Shown: positions 26,865-39,647 of the stretch, one piece after another | Position numbering within the stretch: position 1 is the stretch's first letter | Layout: every line of letters starts with the position of its first letter | The notes under the pieces: generated by a model | Seen by the model: the letters and a program-made list of their open reading frames with translations, nothing else | What the model was told of the DNA's origin: nothing | Database searches by the model: none | Assembly: GCA_050613775.1 (NCBI GenBank) | Contig: JBODTK010000110.1 | Span: forward strand, 62,001-126,000 | Direction of reading: 5' to 3' | DNA length: 64,000 nt | Source: Neocallimastix sp. 'constans' | Taxonomy: Eukaryota | Position numbers and translations under genes: made by a program

Positions 26865-26993
26865 TTTTTATGTATAATAAAGAAATATATGTAAAGAATA
26901 TAAATTTAAAATTTTTTACGTGTAACGAAATTTAATTTATTTAAGATTAATTAATAATCAATAAATAGATTAATATTTGTGTAATTTAATTAT

Positions 26994-27306
26994 TAAAAAA
27001 AAATAAAATAAAATAAAAAAATAAAAAAATGAAAAAAATAAAAAAAATAAAAAAAATAAAAAAATGAAAAAAATAAAAAAAATAAAAAAAATAAAAAAAT
27101 GAAAAAAATAAAAAAAATAAAAAAAATAAAAAAATTAAAAATTTAAACATTTAAAAAATAAAAAAACAAAAATAAAAAAATAAAAATAAAAATAAAAAAA
27201 TGAAAAAAATAAAAAAATAAAAAAATGAAAAAAATAAAAAAATAAAAATAAAAATAAAAAAATAAAAATAAAAAAATAAGAAAATAAAAAAAATAAAAAA
27301 ATAAAA
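26994..27306. repeat. Low-complexity (A6-8)T/(A)nTG satellite
   Basis: Repeating AAAAAAAT / AAAAAATG units. Confidence 0.8.
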
Positions 27307-28986
27307 TTATAATAGATTAATATTAATGTAATATGATTAATAAGATTAATTTATAGCCAAGCTTTTATTATATAGTATTAATCGTTCTAGTTAAAATTGT
27401 ATATTCATATTACCGTAGTATTGCTACATTGAGCAATGGAGAAAAGTTCTACATTGTATTCCTAAAAGGTCTCCTAAATAATTGGATTGACCTAAGTTTG
27501 ACCTAAGTTTACAATTAAGAATTTCTATTTAATGGGAATGGGGAATGTAATAAATAAAAGTAGTTGTTATAGTATATATAGAAATAAAGGTATAAATTTC
27601 AATTCAAGTAAAGGCGATTCTTATATAAAACCATTTGTATTTTATATAATAGAAATATTATCACATTAATTATACTTAATTACAATATGAAATTTAATAA
27701 TTCATATTTGAATTTTTCATTTTTTAAACAATGATTATAATAATAAATATATTATAATAATTATTATTATTAATATTAATATTTTTATTATTAATTTTGT
27801 TAATACTATTATTAGTATTAGTAGTGTTATTAATATTAGTATAATTTATTATTAATTTTAACAAATTTTAAATTAATGGATTATTATTATTATTTTTTTT
27901 TGAAGACAAAGAATAAACTTAATTTATTAATATTTGATATAAAAGAGCATAAAAATAATATACATGAAATTTTTTTTATATTTATATTGAAAAACTACAT
28001 TAAGTGTTGAGGATGAAAGGGCCTCTAACTCTTCCCACTCATCGATGATAGCTCCTTGTGAATTGATATTATTATTATTACTATTCTAATTTGCATTAAA
28101 AAATCTTATTTTTTTTTTGCTATATCGTTTCTATTTCAACACTTTTAACAACGGTAGGTCTAATGGTATACAAATTGATCGTAATATTAAAGTCATTAAT
28201 CACAATAGGCATAATAGCATTAAGGTATTATTCTGAAAGTTCTATTAAATATAAAAATCAAGGAAGAACACTCTTTCAAAAGTGATTGAAAAACATTATT
28301 TAATGAATCAAAAATTTTATTGTTTATAATATTTTTAAACTTTAAGAGTAGTATAGAATAACTTTATTTATATTTATATCTAAAACTTTAAAAAGTTATC
28401 ATAGTTGAATTATATACACTTTAATGTATATAATTATTTTAATTTTCATTTTTTATTTTTTTATTTTATTTGTTATATTTTTATTCTTTTTTTTTTTTTT
28501 TTTTTTTTATTATTATTATTATAATTATTTTATAATTATAATTATTATTTATTATTTTTAAAATATTAATAATTCTTTATTATACTTTTAAGAATTAAAA
28601 TAAATAAATGGTATAAATTATTATAAACTAAATATGATTCTATTAAGATTATATTAATATTTTATTTAATCTTTTTTTAATTATGATATATATTTAAGTC
28701 TATTTTACCCTATTTGTATATTTATTTATTTATTTATTTTTTGAAAAATTTTTAAAACAAAATAGAAAAACTATATTACACCTATATTTTTTATTTTCTT
28801 ATAATAAAAATATATATTAATAAGAAACATAGTTAAAATATTAAAAATAAAGGTTTTTATATAAAGAAATAATTTAAAATATATATATAATTTTAGTTTT
28901 AATAAAAATTAAATAATAATAATAAAAAAATATTAAAAATTAAATAAATTTAGTAATATATATATACATATACATTTATTATTCTT

Positions 28987-29048
<62 letters not shown>

Positions 29049-29290
29049 TCTTTTATCTCCACTTTTGATCTTATTTAATGATATGATTTATACAAATATT
29101 TTTTTTGTTACAATTAAGCAAGAATAAAGACTTCCAAATTTATCTAATTTGTTTAATAATGAAATTATTACTTCATTTGGTAATATTATTGTTAAGCTTT
29201 TCCTCTTTTTTTTTTTTTTTTTTTTTTTTTATAGATTTGTTGATATATATATATATATTTATATATATCCTTAATTTATAAATGTTGTTT

Positions 29291-29340
<50 letters not shown>

Positions 29341-30239
29341 AAGTTTATTTCAAAAACACTTGAGAATTTTTTATTCCTCCATATTATTCACTTTTTTAGA
29401 TTATACTAATACATTATGGCAATAATTATATTTTTATATTTTTATATAATATATATTATTCTTTCCTTTTTAAGATATATATAGAAATTAGATAAATATT
29501 TAAAATTTAAAATATTTATAATATTATATAAATATATAAAGCATAATAATAACAAAAAGTATTTTGCTAATGAATTATATTATGTATGTTTATCAGTATT
29601 TATATTATATTTAAATTTAATTATTAAGTTCTCTTCTTTTTTCTTTAATATTAAAACTACTTCTATATAAAAATCAAAAAGTGAAAATTCCAATACTATA
29701 CAAACCTTTTTTTTTTTTTTTTTTTTTTTTTGTAATAATTGTTCATTCTTTTGTAGACTATTTCTATTTTAGTCTTTTTGCATTTTAATATTTTAAACAG
29801 ATAAAATTGTTAAAAAAGAATTAATGTATAATTTTATTTAATTAAAAAAAAAAAAATTTTTTTTTAAAAATATCGTTAATAATAAGGATAAAAAGTTAAG
29901 ACATGAAGATAAAAATATAAATATACATAAAAGATAAAATTAATATATCATAAATTTATCTGATAGTAATTAACAACGAAAAATATGCTTTAACAATATT
30001 ACTTTATATTTTTTTTTTTTAAATAAAAATATAAACTAATTATTTTTCTATAAAAAAAATTGTGTAACTTGTACATATGTTACAAATGTATTCATGTGAT
30101 ATATGTTTCATAAATTATCACGAAATGTACCATCCATTTCTCTCCTTGATAACTATAGTAATTATCATATTAAATAAATAAAAAGTATATATAAATAATA
30201 ATAATATTAATAATTATAACCTTCAAATCTTCAAATATC

Positions 30240-30375
30240 TTTATCTTTTAAAATTGATAAATTATATATATAACAAATCACTATTTAATATAATTTTATA
30301 TATTTATGAAAAGTAAAATTATATTAAATAGTGATTTTTTGTTATATATATAATTTATCAATTTTATAAGATAAA
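30240..30375. repeat. Long imperfect inverted repeat (~60-bp arms, ~15-bp spacer)
   Basis: AAAATTGATAAATTATATATATAACAAATCACTATTTAATATAATTTTA is mirrored by TAAAATTATATTAAATAGTGATTTTTTGTTATATATATAATTTATCAATTTT. Confidence 0.85.
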
Positions 30376-30823
30376 TATATAAAAAAAAATTTTATAATAT
30401 TAAAAATTCTTGTTTCTTTTACTTTTGTATTAATAGTTTTAATCTTTTTATCAAGAAATAAAAATTTGAATAAAAATAGATTATACTTTTAATAATTCAA
30501 AAATTTTTGTTCATTACTGTTTATATTAAACTTTTATTCTTTATTCGTATATATATATATATTTTAACACTTTTTTATTTTATTGTGAAAAAATTTATAT
30601 AATAAATAAATAAATATAAATTTTATAAAGTTATATTTAATAATAACGATTATAAAATTTCGTTTTGTAAAGATTAATCTTCAATTTATTAATTTTGTTT
30701 ATATATTACTATATTCTTAAAACTTTTCTTTTATTATTATTATTATTTTTTTTTTTTGGTTCATTATTTATTGTTCTTACTATTATTATTATTATTATTA
30801 TTTCATTTTTTTTATTATTTTAT

Positions 30824-31384
30824 TTAGTCCTTCTTCTTAGATTGCTTAGATTTCTTATCAGTAGCTTTTGTTTCTTCTTCTTTTGGTGGAACATAAGCTT
30901 CACCAGTAACCTTAGTGATGTAGTTACTCATAGTTTTGTTTTCCTTTTCAAGACGAGCAACAGTTTCACGAAGAGCATTACGTTCTTTACGGTAACGACC
31001 ACTACGTAATACAACTAAGTGAAGTAAATAAACAACAACACCGCAATAAATGGTGAATGCGAGAATATAAAAGTCACGTTGAGTTTTGTGTAAACGTTTA
31101 GTGGTATCAGCAATAATTTCTTGGCTAGTTGGGGATTTGTATACTCTATCAACTTGTTCATTGAGATACTTTAATTGCTTAATGTTATCTGCAAATAAAA
31201 AGACAATGAAAACTTGAAAAATACCATAACAAAATCTAACTTTGTTTAATATACCAGAGTTGGAGGTAGTAACCTTTTCAATGATAGTACGACGGAATGG
31301 CACTCTCCATGGAACAGCCATATAAAAAATTAATACACATTGAAAAACTAAAATGTATGAAATATAAGCGATGTAGGGAGTCAT
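30824..31384 (-). CDS. BAP29/BAP31 (Yet1/Yet3)-like ER membrane protein
   Basis: Three hydrophobic segments, RLHKTQRDFYILAF (cf. BAP31 FRAQRNxYIxGF), C-terminal coiled coil and di-lysine end KKKD. Confidence 0.8.
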   Translation of the reverse strand: MTPYIAYISYILVFQCVLIFYMAVPWRVPFRRTIIEKVTTSNSGILNKVRFCYGIFQVFIVFLFADNIKQLKYLNEQVDRVYKSPTSQEIIADTTKRLHKTQRDFYILAFTIYCGVVVYLLHLVVLRSGRYRKERNALRETVARLEKENKTMSNYITKVTGEAYVPPKEEETKATDKKSKQSKKKD

Positions 31385-32527
31385 TTTGATATGTATATAT
31401 ATGTTTTTTTATTAAATAAATGATAACTGTTTATTTGGTAAAAATAAAAATAAATAATAAATTAATAAAAATTACTTTTAGTTTATTTTATTTGTTTTAT
31501 TTTAAATATAATTATAATATATTTAGGAAAATATAAATATATATATTATTTTAAATCTTCGTATTTTTTTTTTTTTTTTAATTTTTTTTATTTCAATAAA
31601 GATTATTAAATAAGCAAAAAGAAAAAAAAAAAAAGTAAATATTTTTATAATTTTTTTTTATTATTAATTTTATATCTTAAGATTAATTATATAATAATCT
31701 ATTTATTAATTAATTTATTATATTGAATAATTGAATAATAAATAATTTTTTTTTATTATTATTATTTTTTTTTTTATACTATTATTAAATCATAATTATT
31801 AAAATTCTATTTCTTATTATTTATAGGGATGGATGAATGTTTTATTCGTTGATTTCATATGCTAAAAAAAAAAAATTAATCAATTAAAATATTCAATATA
31901 TTATAAATACTATTTTAAAAAATAGAATTGTTCTAAAATTTTCTATATTATAAAAAAAAAAAAAAAAAATTAATAAAAATAAATAATAATTAATAATAAA
32001 TAAATAAAAAAATAAATAATTAAATATAAAAATAAATAAATAAATAATTATAAAAATATAAAAATAATAATAATAATAATAATAATATTTCCTTTAATTT
32101 TTTTTTTTTTTTTATATAAATTGCTAAGTTAAACAAAAAAAAAGGAAAGAAAAAAAAAAAAAAACTGTATTACAAGTTAATAATTGGAATTATTTCAGTT
32201 TTAAAATTTTCATTACAATAATATTAAAAGTAAGTGGCTGATGCTATTTTTTTTATAGTATCTAAAAATTTAATTCATTTAAAATTTTTTTTTTTTTTTT
32301 GTAATTAAAATATTTTTTTTTTTTTTGTACTAACAAGTTAAAAAGAAAAGTAATAAAACAAATTATAAAATATGAATATAATTAAAGTAGAGATGTAGAT
32401 AAAATAAAATAAAACTAAATATTAAAAATTATAATTGAAATTTAACAGGTCCACTACAATAAATAAATAAATAAATAATAAATATAAATTGATAGTTTTT
32501 ATATAATAAAAATAAAAAATAATATTA

Positions 32528-32558
<31 letters not shown>

Positions 32559-33144
32559 ATTATTATTTAATTAATATTAGAAAGCCTAAATTATTAAAAT
32601 CAATACTCAATACTCTTTTTCATTATGTATTTTTTTTTTTTTTTTTTGATTGAGAATAAACTTTATAATAATATTCATATTAATATTCGTATTAATACAA
32701 TTATATTATAATAACACTTAACATAAAAATCAAATTAAAAAATTTTTAATTTATATAAATATATTAACTTTATTATTTATTTTATTTGTACTTCTTTTTT
32801 TTTTTTTTTTTTTTTTTAACTTATTTATAAATTAGTATTTTCCCTTTGGAATAGTATACAAATGATTCTCATTATTTTATTTTTTTAATTGTTGTTTTTT
32901 ACATGTAAACCCAATTTTTTATATATATACGATTACTATTATTATTTAATCTTTTTACTTTTATTAAAGATTTTATGAAAAAAGGATTTTTTTAAATTAT
33001 GCTTTTTATTTCTAAAACATAACTTTAAATGAATATTAAATATTAATAAATTTAGATTATTTTTTTCTTTTTTAATGTTTTTATAAAAAGATAATAAAAA
33101 TTATTTTTTTTTATTTATTATCTTTTATTCTATGTTTACATCAT

Positions 33145-34810
33145 TTAGAAGTAACCTATTAAAATTAGATTATAAATTAAATAATATATATATATATAAA
33201 ATTATAAATTAATATTTTATTTAATTTTATAAATTTTATTTTTTATTTTTTATTGTTATTAATTAACGAAATAGATTAATAATATATAATAAATAATTAT
33301 AATTATAATAATAAATAATCAATAATAAGAGTACTTATATAGAGTTTCAAATTTGTATATTATATTTTTATATTTATATAGAAAAAAAAAATTTTTACCT
33401 GGTAAAATATAGTTAAGCTTACGAATAGCTTCTGGATTTCTGGCTTCCTTAGCAGTAATAGAAGCAAACTTCATACTACCCTTTAAGGCTTTAACACTTT
33501 GTAATTCAACCTTGTTTTCATAGAATGCAGCTTCTAAACCTGGAAGAATTTTAACAGCTAATTGATTAGCATTGCTAGTGTTGGCTTTCATGTTACCGAT
33601 AACAGTTTCAACAGTAACTACTTCTTCAGAAACTCTCCAACTATCGTAATCAGTAGCCATACAGATCATTTGGTAAGCAATTTCAGCTTCCATAGCGAGT
33701 TTGGCTTCTGGTAAAACAGACATGTTAATGATATCACCACCTAACATACGATACATATTAGATTCAGCACGAGTTGAGAAAGCTGGACCTTCCATACAGA
33801 TTAAACACTTATCACGGTGCATTTCAATATTATCACCTACTAAAGAAGATTTTTGAGCATAGATGATATCAGCTAATTCCTTGTTAAATGGATCACCGAA
33901 AGCAATATGAGCAGCACAACCACCTTCAAAGAAAGTACTTGGACGAATTCCTTTAGTACGATCAATAATTTGAGTTGGTAAAATGAAATCACGTGGCTTA
34001 ATTTCTTCACGAAGAGAACCAACAGCAGAAAAAGCAATAATAGCTTCAACACCAATAGACTTTAAAGCAGCAATATTAGCTCTAGCTGGAACTTCGGATG
34101 GGTTTAAATGGTGACCAACACCATGACGAGCAAGAAAAGCAACATGGTTACCGGCTTGAGTTTTACAAATAACAATTTCGGAACTTGGTTTACCCCATGG
34201 CTAATTGATTTTTATAAATTTAATTATAAAAAATATATTTATACATATATGAAAAAAATATGTTATTATCAATTTTAAAATCTTAATATTACCAATAACA
34301 TTTTATATTTTGAAATGAAATTAACTCATCTAGTTTATGATAAAATATATATTTCACATATTTAAACAACTTCATTTTAAAAATTTATAAATAAATCTTT
34401 TTTAATTTGTTTTATTTATTTATTTATTTATTATTGTTATTATTTTATTGTATTGTAATTTTTTTTTTTATTAAATCGAATTTCATATTAAATATAAAAT
34501 TAAAAATTCATATTGTATCATATTATAACATTGGTTTCAATATCAATGTATAACAAAAGTTATATAATAATTAATAATTACTTTTTTTTTAATGTTTTAA
34601 AATCAATGTTTTATTATTATTATTATCTTTTTTATTTCATTTCAAATTTGAATATTCAAAAAAATTAAAAAATTTTTACATCTAAATCAATTTATTTTTT
34701 GTTGGCTTTGAATTATATATCAAAGATTTATTGAATTTAAAAAAAAATAATAAAACGATTCCTGAAAATAATTTACATTTTCTATTTTTATTATTTATTT
34801 ATTTATCTAT

Positions 34811-34849
<39 letters not shown>

Positions 34850-35014
34850 TTAAATCTTGCTGCCTTTTTTTTTTTTTTTTTTTTATTAATTTTATTTCAT
34901 TTATTTTGTATTTACAGTTTCTGGTTCAATTCTATCAACAGTTTCTAAGTTATCTAAACTATATAAACCGGAACCTCCAATAAAAGCAACTTTAACGTCG
35001 GTGTACTTGCTCAT
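33145..35014 (-). CDS. MEU1: S-methyl-5'-thioadenosine phosphorylase; exons 35014-34916, 34200-33399, 33155-33145
   Basis: IGGSGLY, TPWGKPS, FLARHG, SAVGSLREE, CMEGPAFSTRAES, INMSVLPEAKLA, MATDYDSW; consistent GT-AG phases. Confidence 0.93.
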
Positions 35015-35667
35015 GTTGTTAATTATAAAATTATAATTTTATTTAAAAAAAAAATAAAATATTATATAATTTCGAAGTAGTGTTGAAAATAAATTTTTTT
35101 TAAAAAAATTATTATTTACTATTTGATTTTTTTCCACTTTATGTCATAGTTATGATTGGTTAAAATAATTATAATAAATTATTAATTAAAAAAAATTTTT
35201 TTAATAAATAATTTTTTCATTTATTATTATAAAAATTGTATAATACTTTTTTTTTTTTTTTTTTATAGAATAAACTTTATTTAATAATATTTATTAAAAA
35301 AAAATATATGAAAATTATACTAATTTACCATAATTTTATAGTACTTAAACATAATCCATACATCATATTACCATATCTTATCCAGTTTTATATTAATGTC
35401 ATTTTAATAACTATTATTTCATATTTTAACTAATATTTGATTATATTATATTTTTAAAGGTTAATAGAAACTTTTTTATAAAAAAAGAATTATAATAAAT
35501 TTAAAATAGATAAGTAAATTTTTTTTAATAATTGAAAAATGTTTTTAAAAGTATTTTTTAAAAAATTGTACATTATAGCATTGATAAATAACTAATACTT
35601 TTTGATATTTTAAATAATATAATTGATGTTAATACATTAGTAAAAATTGTTGAATACTTTCTTCATA

Positions 35668-36112
35668 AAACATAGACTTGCACATATGGGTACCCATCTC
35701 CCATATGGCCATACAGTTATTAATTAACTGTAAGGTGATGAGTTATTGGCATACTGTATCAGCTTCGCCGCTCTCAATCGTCGTTACACACTGCCCGGAG
35801 ATGCATTCCTAACGTTCCTACATATATCTCTAATGACCACGAGCATCAGAACGGAACCATTAACTCCTCCCTAGTGGGTGTAATCATTGGCGATTGGAAA
35901 TTTTACAATCATCAAGGTCTATGCTTCAATTCAAAGCGTAGTATCAGGGTTGGGTGAAATAATCATCTGAGGGAAAGCCTTATGGACATCACGTGTGGTC
36001 TCATGATATCCCAGGATAGAAACCTCATCCGATTATTTGGTGCCATGCCGAGGATTCGAACCCCGCCCTCTACAGTGACCTGTATCGTCCTAACCGACTG
36101 GACCAACATGGC
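35668..36112 (-). mobile_element. tRNA-derived SINE, copy 2, with 16-bp TSD GAATACTTTCTTCATA
   Basis: Reverse complement of 26433-26857 plus 20 extra bp (35864-35883). TSD at 35652-35667 and 36113-36128. Confidence 0.95.
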
Positions 36113-37246
36113 GAATACTTTCTTCATATTCATCTAATTTTTTTTTTCTTTTATTATTATTATTATTTTTTACATTAAATTATATTATATCTTGGAATTT
36201 ATGTATAATACATATTATTATTTTAATATGAAATATTTTCTAATTAATTAGATTTAGAAATCCTATAAAAAAAAAAAAAAAAAAAAATAAAATAAAATAA
36301 TAAAAAAAATTATATTAATTTTAAAACTTTAAAAAAAGAGAAATATCAATTTATATATCAATTTTTTACTTAAAATAAAATTATATATTTAATATAAATT
36401 AATCTTAATTTAAAATTATAATACATAGATAATTTATGATGAAATATTATTAAAAGTAACATAAATTATGTACTATATTCATAATTTTTTTTTATTTTTA
36501 TAAAATTATATTATTTATAAAATAGAATTTATATGTTATATTAAGACAAAAAATTATATAAAAAAAAAAAAAAAAAAGAAAAATTATAAAATTTATAAAT
36601 ATTATATATAAGAGAAATTAATATTAAGACATATATAATTAATAATGATTCACTAATAACAATAGTAACTAGTGTTTGTATTTAAATTATCAGATATTAA
36701 TGAAAAAGATATAAATAAAACAAGTAATTATAATTAATTATCATTATATATTAATAAAATAATATTAATATTAATAAAATGAATATATTCTATATTATTT
36801 TCTAGGAGGAATATTTATTAAATTTCCTACATATAAAGTAATAAATTGTTATATAATGTAAAAACAAATATTGGAATAATAAAATTATTATTAAAGCAGT
36901 AGCAATTGTTACAAGAAGTCATCTTCATATTAAATAATAAATACTTTCAATTTGAAAGTTATGTGCTATGAACAATAAAGTTTAATCAAAATCTATATTA
37001 ATATTTAAATTATATAAATACATATATATGTGTGTTTTATTTTATTTTATTTTATTTTACTTTTAATTTATACAAAGGTTTTCAAAATAAAATAAAATAT
37101 ATATTTATGTAATTAATTTTTATATTGAAAAAGTATTTAATATTTAATAGAAATAAAGGCAAGATATAAAAATAATAAATAAAATATTTTTACAAATAGA
37201 AATAATTTATTTGAAAGTATTTTTCAATTATTTCAATAATTATAAC

Positions 37247-37277
<31 letters not shown>

Positions 37278-37318
37278 AAATAAAGAATTAAAAATAAAAA
37301 AAAAAGAAAAAAGAAAAA

Positions 37319-38833
37319 ATGAATGAAAGTTATTTAAATAATATTAATATAAAACCCATTACAGATGGTGAGGTCCTACAACTTGTTAAGTCATTAAAAG
37401 AAATAATTAAAAGGGGAAATGAAATATTGAAACTTTTTGATAAAGTAGCTAGACGAGGAATAGAAAAACCAGCAAATACTTGTTCATCTGCAGTCTCAAC
37501 TCAAAGTCCTTTATCAAATTCAGTATTTTCAGCATCACCGATTAAGTTAACAAGGAAAACTTCGGTAACATCTCTTGCCAACGATTCTGGAAAAAAAAAT
37601 TTTAACAATACAAAAGTTTTATCCTTTGTAAGGTTTTCTTTGCTATCAATACTAATAAAAATAACTACTGGTATTAAACAATTGGATAATCTAACTATTT
37701 TCGATACATCAGAAATAGTAGATGCTTGTTTACAGTGTGTTATTTATGCATTGTCGATTAGTACTGTATGTAAAAAAAAAAAAAATTTTTTTCTTCTTTT
37801 TTTATTATAATATATAAATTAAAACAAAAAAATAGCATTTATTTTAACTATACATATTTATATTACAATATATATGAATATATTTTAAATATTTTAATTA
37901 AAATTATATACTCTATTATATATAATATAACAAAAAGATTATAGAAGATACTATCGAAAGTCATGAAAATGATATTAATGATAAAGGAAAACTATCAATA
38001 AAGGGGAAAAAATATATAATGGGTGTTATATATAAAATACGTCTATATTTAGTAAGCATGTTAAATGATATTAAAACAGTATCTGCAGATGAAATCTTGT
38101 TAAAATATAGGAATGAGGTAATAATATTAATTTAATATTTTATTATTATTATTATTATTACTATTTTTTTTTTATAATTTTTTAATATTCAAAAACATAA
38201 ATATTTTATAACTTATTAATTCATATATCTTGTATATTTAATAATTATATATTAATAATGTTATTTATTGTTATTCATATATGACATGAATATAATAATA
38301 ATTATTATAATTAATTTAATAAATTGATTTTCGAATATTTGAAATACATATTAAAAAATAAATAAACAAAATATAATAAAAAATATTAGTCACAGTCATC
38401 ATTAATAGATAAAGAAATAAAATCTAGAAAACAAAAAATATCAAAAAAATTATCAGATATTAATGAAATTATTGAAAATGAATTAAAAAATTATTCAACG
38501 AAGAAAAATGATGTTGTATTGAGAGGATTTTTACAAAAGAAGAGAGAAAACGAAAAATTTATGTCCGGATTTAAAAAGAAGTATTTTATGTTAACTCATA
38601 AAGCTCTAATGTATTGTGATAAAGAAATAACAGAAGTATATATATATCCTATTTATTATATATTAAATAATATATTATAGTTCAATCCATTCAAACATAT
38701 AAATATTATCATGTCATAATAAAATAGTACAATATGTTTTTTTTCTTAAAAATTATAATTTTATATAATAATAATAATAATGATAATAATGATAATATTG
38801 ATAATAATGATAATAATAATAATAATAATAAAT

Positions 38834-38871
<38 letters not shown>

Positions 38872-39647
38872 TTTATTATATATTAAATATTATATATTGT
38901 TATAATTAATATTATAACTATTAGAATTATACAATGGGAACTTCAAAATTTTTAATGTTTTGTGATTATGATGGTATAGAACGAATTCCTGAAGATGTGG
39001 TAAAAAGAAAATATTGTATGAGATTATTTTCAACAAAAGATCCTAATCAATCCATGTATTTAGCAGCTAGTGATGAAATTGAAGAAATATTATGGGTATA
39101 TAATAATATTAATAATAATATATAAATAAAGCATATTAATAAATAAATAAATTATAATATTTATAATAATTACTATTATTACATATATATATGTATTATT
39201 AATTTTATAATATCAATTTTTAATATATCTTATTTCTTATATATAAATTTACTAACATAAAGTTTAATCAATTAAGAGATAAGATGTATATAAATAATAA
39301 TTATTTTACATCAGAAGATGAAAATGTCGTTGAAAATGTAATATATTATTCTTTGATTATTAATATAATTATCATTATTATTGATTTATGATATATTAAT
39401 AATAATAATAATATGTTATTTTTATATTATTTTATTTGTATTAATTATTATTTATAATCAGGAAAGCGATGAGTATCGGAATATAACTGATGATGAACTT
39501 AATACAATACTACGATTAATTAATAAAGAAGAAAAAGTGAAAATAAATTTACTTAAATATGTTTATATTAATAAAATGAATGAAATTATACAAAAAATAA
39601 CTCCAAATGTTGAACTTGAGATTAATAAAAATGATAATGGTATGTGA
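37319..39647 (+). CDS. Six-exon protein with a PH domain and a C-terminal SARAH-like helix
   Basis: Spliced exons give VVLRGFLQKKRENEKFMSGFKKKYFMLTHKALMYCD...KYCMRLFSTKDPNQSMYLAASDEIEEILWFNQL (PH pattern). The last exon reads YRNITDDELNTILRLINKEEKVKINLLKYVY. Confidence 0.7.

Noticed and set aside
27400..28320. Patches of higher GC that might be exon or transposon relics
   Set aside because: No recognisable peptide, repeat partner or splice pattern.
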